Shown here: positions 8,863-17,862 of the stretch, piece by piece
How positions within the stretch are numbered: the stretch's first letter is position 1
Layout: each line of letters opens with the position of its first letter
NCBI GenBank assembly: GCA_902795635.1
Contig: CADBMC010000008.1
Span: forward strand, 1 to 42,690
Reading direction: 5' to 3'
DNA: 42,690 nt
Source: an uncultured Coriobacteriaceae bacterium
Lineage (GTDB): Bacteria > Actinomycetota > Coriobacteriia > Coriobacteriales > Atopobiaceae
Position numbers and translations under genes: made by a program
The notes under the pieces: generated by a model
Told to the model about the DNA's origin: nothing
Seen by the model: the letters and a program-made list of their open reading frames with translations, nothing else
The model's database searches: none

Positions 8863-10390
8863 TCCGAGCCCTGCTGCCTCTCGCCGCCTGCGCCCTGGCC
8901 GCCGTTGCCGAAGCCCCTGTGCCGACGGCGCGGCCGAGGCTTGCGCTCTGCCTCCCCGCCGTGCTCGGCGGAAGCCTGCCTCTCGCCGCCCTGCGCCTGG
9001 CCGCCTCCCTGCGCCGGGCGGGACGTCTGGCCTCCCCTGTCGCCCGGATGGCGACGCCTGGTGCGGGGCTTGGGCGCGGCCTGCCCTTCGGCGGTCGCCT
9101 TCTCGCCCCTCTTGGCCTGGCCCTTGGCGCCCTCCTTGCCGGAGCCGCCCCGCTTGGGGCCGCCTTGCTTGGCGCCCGCCTCGCCCTTCTGCTGCGGCGA
9201 CGATGCCTGCCCCTGCTGGCCGCCCTTGCCGCCCGAGCGGCGACGGCGACGGCGCTTCGGCTTGTCCGCGCCCTCCGCGGCATCGCCTGCGGCCGCGGAC
9301 TTGGCGCCGGATTCGGCCTCCGCCTCGGGCCCATGGCGCCTCTGGGAGCGCTTGCGCTGGCCCTGCTGGCCCTCCGAGGCGCCTTCCTCCCTCTGGGAGG
9401 AGGACCTGCGGCGCTTGCGGCGCGGCTCGACGAAGATGTCCTCGCTCTGGTACTCCTCGGCGGGGACGACCCCGTTGGCGCGGTCGATCTCGGCCAGCGC
9501 CATCTTCACCTCCGGGGAGTCCAGCGCCTCGAGCGCGTCGCGCGTCACCGTGTCGGGGCGGCAGGGACATCCGAGCTCCTCGGACTTCTTGTGAGCCGCC
9601 TCCGACGCCGTCATCGACGCGAGGGCGACGCGGATCTGCTTGCCGTTCTCAACGCGCAGGACGAGCTCCTCCTTGGGGGTGTCGTACTCGACGATCTTGG
9701 CCTTGCCCAGGGGCGTGTCTATGACGGCGTTCTTCTTCGGCGCGCGCTGCTTGAAGTCGCGATAGGCCTCGAACTCGTAGCGCAGGCAGCACATGAGGCG
9801 TCCGCAGACGCCCGAGATCTTCGACGAGTTGAGCGGCAGGTCCTGCTCCTTGGCCATGCGGATCGAGACAGGCTCGAACTGGGTGCCGAAGCGCGCGCAG
9901 CAGAGCTCCTGGCCGCAGTGGGCATAGCCGCCCACGAGCGCCGCCTCCTCGCGCACGCCGATCTGGCGCATGTCGATGCGCTCGTGGAGGGTGCGCGCCA
10001 TCTCGCGCACGAGCTGGCGGAAGTCCACCCGCTCCTCGGCGGCGAAGTAGCACACGGCCTTCTCGCCGCCGAACAGGTACTCCACGCCCACCGGCTTCAT
10101 GTCGAGCCCGAGCTCGTCCACGAGCGAGCGGAACGTGGCCATGGCCGCGTCGCCCTTGTCCGAGAGCTCCTCGGCGCGCGCGAGGTCCTCCTCGTCGGCG
10201 ACGCGAAGCACGGGCTTGAGCTCGGAGCCGTCGGTGGCGGCCTCCAGGGCGGCCTCGTCCTCCTCCACGGGGTCGTGGGTCACGAGCCCTATCTCGGTGC
10301 CGCGGGCGGTGGAGCAGATGACGTGGTCCCCTTCGATGGGATCGGCGTCGGCAGGATCGAACCAGAGGTCGCGGACGGCGTAGCGAAACC

Positions 10391-10412
<22 letters not shown>
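8859..10412 (-). CDS. ricT: PSP1-domain regulatory iron-sulfur protein RicT/YaaT with a long basic low-complexity C-terminal tail
   Basis: Internal start MPTVVPVRFRY (ATG = rc of 10410-10412) within the 920-aa track ORF, giving 517 aa. The conserved PSP1/YaaT core carries Cys motifs (HCGQELCCARF, CGRLMCCLRYE). The start overlaps the holB stop by 22 nt. The tail from about 9435 down to 8862 is R/K/G/Q-rich. Confidence 0.88.
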
Positions 10413-11526
<1,114 letters not shown>

Positions 11527-11530
<4 letters not shown>

Positions 11531-12207
11531 CGCACGCTCCCCTCCCGCTGGCCCTCGCCCTGGGGCAGGACGATTCCCATGCCGGCGAGCACGTCGGCCA
11601 CGGCGGCGAGCAGGCGTGCATGGACCTCCTCGACGCTCCCGTCGGCGTCCACCACGCGTACGCGCTCCGGCTCCTCGGCGGCGAGCCTCAGGAAGCCCTC
11701 GCGCACGCGGGCCTGGAAGCCGAGGCCCTCCGCCTCCAGTCGGTCCGCACCCTGCGCCGTCGCTCGGGAAAGCGAGCGCGCCGGGTCCATGTCGAGCACG
11801 ACCGTGCGGTCGGGGACGATGCCGCAGCTGCCGATGGCGTTAGCCTCGCGGACGAGGCGCTCGTCGATGCCGCGGCCGCAGGCCTGGTAGGCGAAGGTGG
11901 AGTCGTAGAACCTGTCGCAGAGCACCACCATCCCGCTCGCCAGCGCAGGCTCGATGCGCTCGCGCACGAGCTGCGCGCGGGCCGCCTCGTAGAGCAGAAG
12001 CTCGCACTCGTCCGCCATCCCCGCGTTCGCGGGGTCGAGGAGCACGGAGCGTATACGCTCGGAGAGCTCGGTGCCGCCGGGCTCCCTCAGGCGCACCACG
12101 TCCGCCCCGGCCGCCACGAGGTCGGAGGCGAGCAGCGCGGCCTGGGTCGTCTTGCCCATGCCGTCGGCGCCCTCGAGCGTCAGCAGGATGCCACGCGCGG
12201 CGCCCAT
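11527..12207 (-). CDS. tmk: dTMP (thymidylate) kinase
   Basis: 226 aa. Has the P-loop LEGADGMGKTTQ, REPGGTELSERIR and DRFYDSTFAYQ. The start codon directly abuts the topA stop codon. Confidence 0.92.
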
Positions 12208-14733
12208 CTACGAGGACGCCTTCTTGCGCGAGCCCGTGCGCGACCCTCCGCGCGAGCCTCCGCGGCCGCCCGAGCGCGACCGGCCACGGCCGGACTTCTC
12301 GTCCTTCTGCTTGGCGGGGCAGTCCATGTTCACGCAGATCTTCCAGGGGCCGCGGGCCGTGTTCACAATCACCATCGGCGCGCCGCACGCCGGGCACGTC
12401 TCTCCCGTGGCCTCGAGCTTGCCGCGCTGGGGAAGCGGGTAGCTGGTGCCGCACTCGTCGTAGTTGGTGCAGCGTATGAAGCGCTTGCCGGTGCGTTCGG
12501 ACTTGTGGGCCACCAGGTCGCCGTGCCTGCCGGCCTCCTTGCAGGCCTTGCACTCCCCCACGATGAGGTCGGGCTCGCGGTTCGTGGGGCATGCGGGGTT
12601 CACGCAGGTCTCGTAGGCGCGGCTGCGGAAGGGATGCACCTTCACGCGCGGGGCTCCGCACTCTGGGCACACCCCAGCCTCGCCCTCGATGGGCTCGATG
12701 CGCCCGTTGGGCACGGGGTAGGTCACGTCGCAGTCGGGCCAGCCCATGCAGCCGATGAAGCTCCCGCGCGTCTTGGCGGAGGTCTTCACCACGAGGTCCT
12801 TGCCGCACTTGGGGCACACGCCCACCTTCGCGTCGGCCGTGACGGCATCCGCTATGGCGTTGCCGAGGTCCTCCTTGTGCTCGATGAGCCCGTCCATGAG
12901 CGAGGCGAGCAGCTCGCGCGAGTGCTCCACCACCTCGCCTTGGGTCTCCTCGCCGTCGGCCACCTTGTTCATGTCGTCCTCGAGCTCGCTCGTCATGGAG
13001 GGCGTCGTGATGTGGGGCGCGTACTCCGAGAGCGCGTCGATGATCGCCATGCCCAGCTGGCTCGGCTCGATCGGGTCGTTCTTGAGGTACTTCACCTGGT
13101 AGAGGCGCTCGATGATCGAGGCGCGCGTGGACTTGGTGCCCAGGCCCTGCCGCTCCATCTCCTGCACGAGTCGGCCCTGGCTGTAGCGGGCGGGGGGCTC
13201 CGTCTGCTTGGCGGCGAAGTCGCAGGACTCGACTGTCACCTGCTGGCCACGCTCGAGGTGCGGGAGCTGCTCGTCCTTCTTGAGGCCGAAGGGGTAGATG
13301 GCGCGGAAGCCCGGCTGCGTGAGCACGTCTCCCGTCGCCTGGAAGGGCTCGCCGGCGATGTCGAGCCCCACCTTGGTGCCCTGGATCGTGGCCGGGCCCA
13401 TGAGGGTGGCCAGGAAGCGGCGGGCGATGAGGTTGTAGAGCTTCCACTCCGCCGGCTGCAGGGAGTCCGGCGAGGCGGCAGCCGTGGGATGGATGGGCGG
13501 GTGGTCGGTCGTCTCCTGCTTGCCGCGGGTGGGATGCATGGGCCCCGAGAGGATCTGTTGGCATGCCTTGGAGTACTGCGGCACGGCGGAGAGCGCCTTC
13601 ACGGTGCCGCGCAGGTCGAGCGAGGAGGGGCAGACGGTGTTGTCCACGCGCGGATAGGAGATGAGGCCGCTCATGTAGAGCGACTCGGCGAGCCTCATCG
13701 TGCGCGCCGGCGAGATGCCCTCCGCCGCCGCGGCCGCCTGCAGCGACGTCGTGTTGAAGGGGGCAGGCGGGCGCTGCTGACGCTCCTTGAGCGCGACCTC
13801 GCGCACCGTGGCGGTCGTGGCGCCGTCCACCTTGGCCCAGGCGGCGTCGGCCGCGGCCTTGTCCTTGAAGCGTGCGGTGGCATGCGTCGCCTTGAAGCCG
13901 ATGCCCTCCGCCTCGAGCGCGGCGGTAATGACCCAGTAGTCCTCGGGGACGAACGCCTGGCGCTCGCGCTCCTTCTCCACGACGAGGGCGAGCGTGGGCG
14001 TCTGCACGCGACCGGCGGAGCGCACGTTGCCCAAGCCGCCGAAGCGGGCCATGGTGAGGTAACGCGTGAGCACGGCGCCCCAGATGAGGTCGATGTACTG
14101 GCGGCTCTCGCCGGCGTCGGCGAGGTCCTGGTCGAGCTCCACGAGGTTCGAGAATGCGTGCTCGATCTCGCCCTTCGTGAGGGCGGAGTAGCGGGCGCGG
14201 CTCACGGGAGCCTCGGGCGCCACCTCGCGGATCTCGTCCAGGGCGTCCGAGCCGATGAGCTCGCCCTCGCGGTCGAAGTCCGTGGCGATGACGATGCTGT
14301 CGGCCTTCTTGGCCAGGTTCTTGAGGGCGCGGATGATCTGCTTCTCGGCCGGCTGCTTCTCGATGGGAGACCACACCAGGTACGGGAGGCTCGCGACCTT
14401 CCACCCCTTGATGTCGATGCCGTCGGGAAGGTAGGGCTTGCGCTTGCTCTGGTAGGGCGGGCGCGCCAGCCCGTCGGGGACGTCGGCCGGCAGGTGCTTG
14501 CCGTCCTCGGTCTCCCCGTACCAGCCCTCCTTGTCGGAGAACTTGAGGGCAGGCGGGAAGTCGGGCGCCAGGATGTGGCCGCGCAGGCCGATGGTGACCC
14601 ACTCCTCCCCGTCGTGGCTGAAGCGGTAGACGGGCACGGTGAATACCTTGTCGGACTTGGGCTTGCCTACGTCCGACAGCAGCTGCGCGATCTTCTCGGC
14701 GGCGTTGTTCTTCTCGGTGACGACGAGGACCAC
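12208..14733 (-). CDS. topA: DNA topoisomerase I (type IA) with four C-terminal zinc ribbons and an RG/RS-rich tail
   Basis: Has a Toprim N-terminus (VVLVVTEKNNAAEKIA, DFDREGE), the active-site region SAGRVQTPTL, and four CxxC...C-type ribbons. I prefer the GTG start at 14733 (841 aa) because a perfect AGGAGG lies 9 nt upstream inside the longer 896-aa track ORF, and Toprim domains begin at the extreme N-terminus. Confidence 0.9.
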   Translation of the reverse strand: MVLVVTEKNNAAEKIAQLLSDVGKPKSDKVFTVPVYRFSHDGEEWVTIGLRGHILAPDFPPALKFSDKEGWYGETEDGKHLPADVPDGLARPPYQSKRKPYLPDGIDIKGWKVASLPYLVWSPIEKQPAEKQIIRALKNLAKKADSIVIATDFDREGELIGSDALDEIREVAPEAPVSRARYSALTKGEIEHAFSNLVELDQDLADAGESRQYIDLIWGAVLTRYLTMARFGGLGNVRSAGRVQTPTLALVVEKERERQAFVPEDYWVITAALEAEGIGFKATHATARFKDKAAADAAWAKVDGATTATVREVALKERQQRPPAPFNTTSLQAAAAAEGISPARTMRLAESLYMSGLISYPRVDNTVCPSSLDLRGTVKALSAVPQYSKACQQILSGPMHPTRGKQETTDHPPIHPTAAASPDSLQPAEWKLYNLIARRFLATLMGPATIQGTKVGLDIAGEPFQATGDVLTQPGFRAIYPFGLKKDEQLPHLERGQQVTVESCDFAAKQTEPPARYSQGRLVQEMERQGLGTKSTRASIIERLYQVKYLKNDPIEPSQLGMAIIDALSEYAPHITTPSMTSELEDDMNKVADGEETQGEVVEHSRELLASLMDGLIEHKEDLGNAIADAVTADAKVGVCPKCGKDLVVKTSAKTRGSFIGCMGWPDCDVTYPVPNGRIEPIEGEAGVCPECGAPRVKVHPFRSRAYETCVNPACPTNREPDLIVGECKACKEAGRHGDLVAHKSERTGKRFIRCTNYDECGTSYPLPQRGKLEATGETCPACGAPMVIVNTARGPWKICVNMDCPAKQKDEKSGRGRSRSGGRGGSRGGSRTGSRKKASS

Positions 14734-14789
14734 TGCCTCTAACCTCCTCGCGGTGCGCCGCGCGCACGTACGCATTGTTCGTCCAAAGC

Positions 14790-14803
14790 CATGCCATGGC
14801 ATG
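14790..14803. repeat. Perfect 14-nt palindrome CATGCCATGGCATG in the topA 5' leader
   Basis: Read directly. It lies between the putative -10 (14848-14853) and the topA start (14733). Confidence 0.6.
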
Positions 14804-14847
14804 CCCGAGGCGCATGAGCCCCGGAGTCGCCCGGCTCGATCGTCCGC

Positions 14848-14853
14848 ATTGTA
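14848..14853 (-). promoter_or_regulatory. Putative topA promoter -10 (TACAAT, with TGc extended element)
   Basis: The minus strand reads GTTGCTACAATGCGG. No convincing -35 was found. Pattern-based call only. Confidence 0.35.
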
Positions 14854-15037
14854 GCAACTACCCAAAGCGGCGCAGAGACCCTGTGCCCCATGCGGCAAAG
14901 CCGAGCGTGAGGTCGGCGTCAGGCGAGGGCGGAAATCTCACGCCGCGAGACGCGCCGCGGAGCGCGACGCGAAGCCCGCCACGAAGGGCGCCGGCCGACC
15001 GCCTCGGGCCGCCGCCGGCCGCATGTGACGCTGGCCG

Positions 15038-15835
15038 CTAGTCGTCGTCCTCGTCGAGGTTCTCGTAGTCCTCGCGCGTGTACTTGAGGGCCTTCCTCCC
15101 CTCGCGCGCGACGATCACGTAGCGCGCGATGAGCAGCGTCAGCTCGTAGAGGGCCACGAGCGCGGCGAACATGAGCAGCATGGTGACGGGCGAGGCGTCG
15201 GGCGTGACGATGGCGGAGAGCACCATGAGCCCCACGTAGACGTAGCGCCACTGCTTGCGCATCGTGGAGTAGGGCACGAGGTGCAGGATGCACAGGTAGA
15301 AGACCACGAGCGGCAGCTCGAAGGCGATGCCGAAGCCCACCTCGAACAGCATGATCATGTTCAGGTAGTCCTCGGCGTTTGCATAGATCTGCGCGAAGTC
15401 GTCGATCTGCTCGATCAGCCAGCCGAAGGCGGCCGGCAGGATGACGAAGTAGCAGAAGACCATGCCTATGAAGAACAGCGCGACCAGGGCCGCCACCGTC
15501 GGCACCACCCACTTGCGCTCGTTCGGCTTGAGCGCAGGCAGGAAGAACGCCATGATCTCCCAGATGATGAGCGGGGTGCACATGATGGCCGCGATGAACA
15601 TGGCCACCTTGAAGCGGATCGTGAAGCCTCCAAGGGCGGTGAGCACGACGAGCTGGCCGCCGTTCGGGAGGTACTCGCGGATCGGGTCCACGAGGATGTC
15701 CACGATCGAGGGGGTCGCCTCGTACATGACGACCGCCGTGATGATGAGGGCCACGACGATGATGGTCAGGCGGCGCCTGAGCTCGCCGAGGTGGTCCATG
15801 ATGGGCATGCGTGCTGGTCCTATGGGCATGGGCAT
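15038..15835 (-). CDS. tatC: Twin-arginine translocase subunit TatC
   Basis: 265 aa. Starts MPIMDHLGELRRRL, followed by six hydrophobic segments typical of TatC. Confidence 0.92.
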   Translation of the reverse strand: MPMPIGPARMPIMDHLGELRRRLTIIVVALIITAVVMYEATPSIVDILVDPIREYLPNGGQLVVLTALGGFTIRFKVAMFIAAIMCTPLIIWEIMAFFLPALKPNERKWVVPTVAALVALFFIGMVFCYFVILPAAFGWLIEQIDDFAQIYANAEDYLNMIMLFEVGFGIAFELPLVVFYLCILHLVPYSTMRKQWRYVYVGLMVLSAIVTPDASPVTMLLMFAALVALYELTLLIARYVIVAREGRKALKYTREDYENLDEDDD

Positions 15836-15854
15836 GCGGCTCCCGGGCTAGGCC

Positions 15855-16424
15855 CTAGGCGCCCTCCCCCTCTCCAGTGCTGGCGCCTGCGCCGGCGCTC
15901 TCGCTCGCCGCAGGCTCGGTGGGATCGTCGTCGGAGAGCCCGTAGAGCGCCGCGAGGCCGCTCGCCGCCTTGGCGGAGGTCTCCTCCTTGGGCTCGGGCA
16001 TCGCGCTCACCTGCTTGACGGGCTTGATGTCCTCGTCGGAGTCCACGTCGTCGGAGGGCTCGTCGGGCTTGTCGACCTTCTTCGCCTTGGCAGCCGTGCG
16101 CTCGGCCTCCATGCGCGCCTTGCGCTCGGCGAAGCTCTCGCCCGCGTGCTCGTCGGCAGCGGCGCCAGCGGAAGAAGCAGCCTGCTTGGCTGCGGACGAG
16201 GACGCCGTGCCGTTGGAGACCTTGGCGATCGTCTGGCCGGCGGCCTCGTTCATCGGGTCCACGACCTCGGTCTGGACGACCTTCGTGAAGCCCTCCTCAG
16301 CCTCGCGGAACTGCCGGATCGCGCGGCCCACGGTGCGGCCGACGCCCGGAAGCTTGTCGGGGCCGAAGAGCAGGAACCCGAACAGCAGAATCAGGAACAG
16401 TTCGTTCGATCCTATGCCGAACAC
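15855..16424 (-). CDS. tatA: Twin-arginine translocase TatA/TatB family protein with a long Ala/Asp/Glu/Ser-rich tail
   Basis: 189 aa from a GTG start, with GGGGAGG 4 nt upstream. The N-terminus FGIGSNELFLILLFGFLLFGPDKLPGVGRTVGRAIRQFREA is the TatA/B TM helix, hinge and amphipathic helix. The remaining roughly 130 aa are low complexity. Confidence 0.88.
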   Translation of the reverse strand: MFGIGSNELFLILLFGFLLFGPDKLPGVGRTVGRAIRQFREAEEGFTKVVQTEVVDPMNEAAGQTIAKVSNGTASSSAAKQAASSAGAAADEHAGESFAERKARMEAERTAAKAKKVDKPDEPSDDVDSDEDIKPVKQVSAMPEPKEETSAKAASGLAALYGLSDDDPTEPAASESAGAGASTGEGEGA

Positions 16425-16437
16425 GCTACCTCCCCGC

Positions 16438-16761
16438 CTACGCCAGCGAATCGTCGCGGACGTTGAGCTCGTCGCCCACGCCGAGCAGGTCCAGGACGCG
16501 CCTCACGTTGCGCTGCGGCCTGGAGACGACGAGCGTCGTGCCCGTCTCGGCCGCCCTGTTCGCCGCCCCCACCAGGACGCCGATGCCGGTGGAGTCGATG
16601 TAGGAGACGTCCGCCAGGTCGACGTCGACGGTGTCGGCCCCTGCCTTGAGGGCGTCGTCCACGGCATCCCGAAGCTCGGAGGCGTTCGAGACGTCGATCT
16701 CGCCCGAGACGGCGATCGTCGTGGTCGCGCCATCGCTCGTGGTGTTCATGGAAAGCTGCAT
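16438..16761 (-). CDS. STAS-domain anti-sigma-factor antagonist (SpoIIAA/RsbV-like)
   Basis: 107 aa. Reads IAVSGEIDVSNASELRDAV...VDLADVSYIDSTGIGVLVGA, which includes the conserved DS(T/S)G phospho-serine motif. A 13-nt gap separates it from tatA. Confidence 0.85.
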   Translation of the reverse strand: MQLSMNTTSDGATTTIAVSGEIDVSNASELRDAVDDALKAGADTVDVDLADVSYIDSTGIGVLVGAANRAAETGTTLVVSRPQRNVRRVLDLLGVGDELNVRDDSLA

Positions 16762-16781
16762 CGAGAATCCCCTCTCCTATC

Positions 16782-17723
16782 TCACATGCCCGTGCCGGAC
16801 GCGCCGCTGAGCGCGTCGGAGAGGCTCTGGGAGCTTGTGTTCGAGCCGGTCACGTCCGACGAGGAGCCCGTGGACTCGCCGAGCGACGACAGCCTCGACT
16901 GGGCATATGAGTATGCCCCATAGTCGTCGTTCGGGTCGGCCGACATCGCGTTCTCATAGCACGTCTTGGCCTGGTCCTCGTCGCCGGAGGACTCGTACAT
17001 CATGCCGAGGTTCGCCCACAGCGGCCCGTAGTCCTGGCCCTTTCCCGAATCGAGGCGCTGCTGGAGCGAGCTTATGGCCCCGTCCACGTCGCCCTTGTAG
17101 AACAGGGCGAGCGCGCGGTCGGTCGCCGCGGCGTCGGAGTCGTTGAGCGCGAGGTAGCGGTCGAAGTAGCCCACCGAGAGGTCGAAGAGCTCGCTCACGT
17201 GCGTGCGCTCGTCGTCGGTCGTGGCATAGGAGGAGGCTGTATAGCCCCACTTGAGGTAGCCGTCTGCGAGCCCAAGGAGCGTCGCCAGGTCGTTCTGGTC
17301 GCTCTCGAGCTTGGTCTTGAGCTCCTCCATCTCGGGGGAATACGCGCTGTCCACCGTCTCCATGGTCATCGTGGTCGCGGCCGTGGTCGCCGCGTCGGAG
17401 CCCGTGGAGTCCTGCTCGGTCGTGGCGTCGGAGGAATCCGAGGAGGACGAGCTGGTGAGGATGGCCGAGAGCGAGGGCAGCATGAGCGAGAGGGCCATGA
17501 GCGCGGCGAACAGGACGACGATGACCTTCGTCAGCCGCTCCTTGCGCGCCTTGCGGTCGAGCGCCTTGCCCGCCTTCTCGCCGCGCCTCGCGGCGTCGCC
17601 TGCGGCAGAGCCCCGCTTGCCCTTCGCAGAGCCAGCCTCCTTCGGCCGTGCGGCCGAGGCTCGGGCCGCGGAGCGCTTGGAGGCGTTCCTGCGCCTTGTG
17701 GCTTTGCTGCTGTCAGAGCTCAT
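16782..17723 (-). CDS. Membrane-anchored TPR-repeat protein (basic cytoplasmic N-terminus, one TM helix, Ser/Thr-rich linker, TPR-like C-terminal domain)
   Basis: I prefer the ATG at 17723 (313 aa; GGGAG SD about 9 nt upstream) over the GTG at 17777. The TM segment is VIVVLFAALMALSLMLPSLSAIL. The C-terminal half has TPR-like repeats (ALALFYKGDVDGAISSLQQ, NLGMMYESSGDEDQAKTCYENAMSADPND). Confidence 0.7.
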   Translation of the reverse strand: MSSDSSKATRRRNASKRSAARASAARPKEAGSAKGKRGSAAGDAARRGEKAGKALDRKARKERLTKVIVVLFAALMALSLMLPSLSAILTSSSSSDSSDATTEQDSTGSDAATTAATTMTMETVDSAYSPEMEELKTKLESDQNDLATLLGLADGYLKWGYTASSYATTDDERTHVSELFDLSVGYFDRYLALNDSDAAATDRALALFYKGDVDGAISSLQQRLDSGKGQDYGPLWANLGMMYESSGDEDQAKTCYENAMSADPNDDYGAYSYAQSRLSSLGESTGSSSDVTGSNTSSQSLSDALSGASGTGM

Positions 17724-17819
17724 GCGTGGCTGCTCCCTCGGGCTTGCCGTGCGTTCGTCCGGTAAGCATGTTCGCACCGGTCCTGCTCCGACGATAGCAG
17801 GACGCGGCCAGGACTACCT

Positions 17820-17825
17820 ATTCTA
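17820..17825 (-). promoter_or_regulatory. Putative -10 (TAGAAT) for the TPR-STAS-tatAC operon
   Basis: The minus strand reads GTTCTGTAGAATAGG, about 95 nt upstream of the preferred start. Pattern-based call only. Confidence 0.35.
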
Positions 17826-17862
17826 CAGAACACGCGTAGCGAGCTTGCAACCCCCGGGGCGC

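Noticed and set aside
11620-14742. Very long ORFs antisense to or out of frame with real genes. Examples: 11620-14742 (+, 1040 aa), 993-3224 (+), 8109-10736 (+), 23621-27157 (+), 31098-34568 (-), 4186-6768 (-), 17311-19383 (+), 34130-36331 (-).
   Set aside because: Their translations are monotonous R/A/G/H/P/D/E-rich strings with no recognisable motifs. Each fully overlaps a gene with clear family signatures on the other strand or in another frame. This is the usual shadow-ORF artefact of GC-rich DNA with few stop codons.
12208-14898. 896-aa topA model starting at the ATG at 14898.
   Set aside because: The extra 55 residues (MPHGAQGLCAALGSCYNADDRAGRLRG...) are not Toprim-like, and the AGGAGG SD for the GTG at 14733 lies inside them. 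The putative -10 at 14848-14853 would also fall within that extension.
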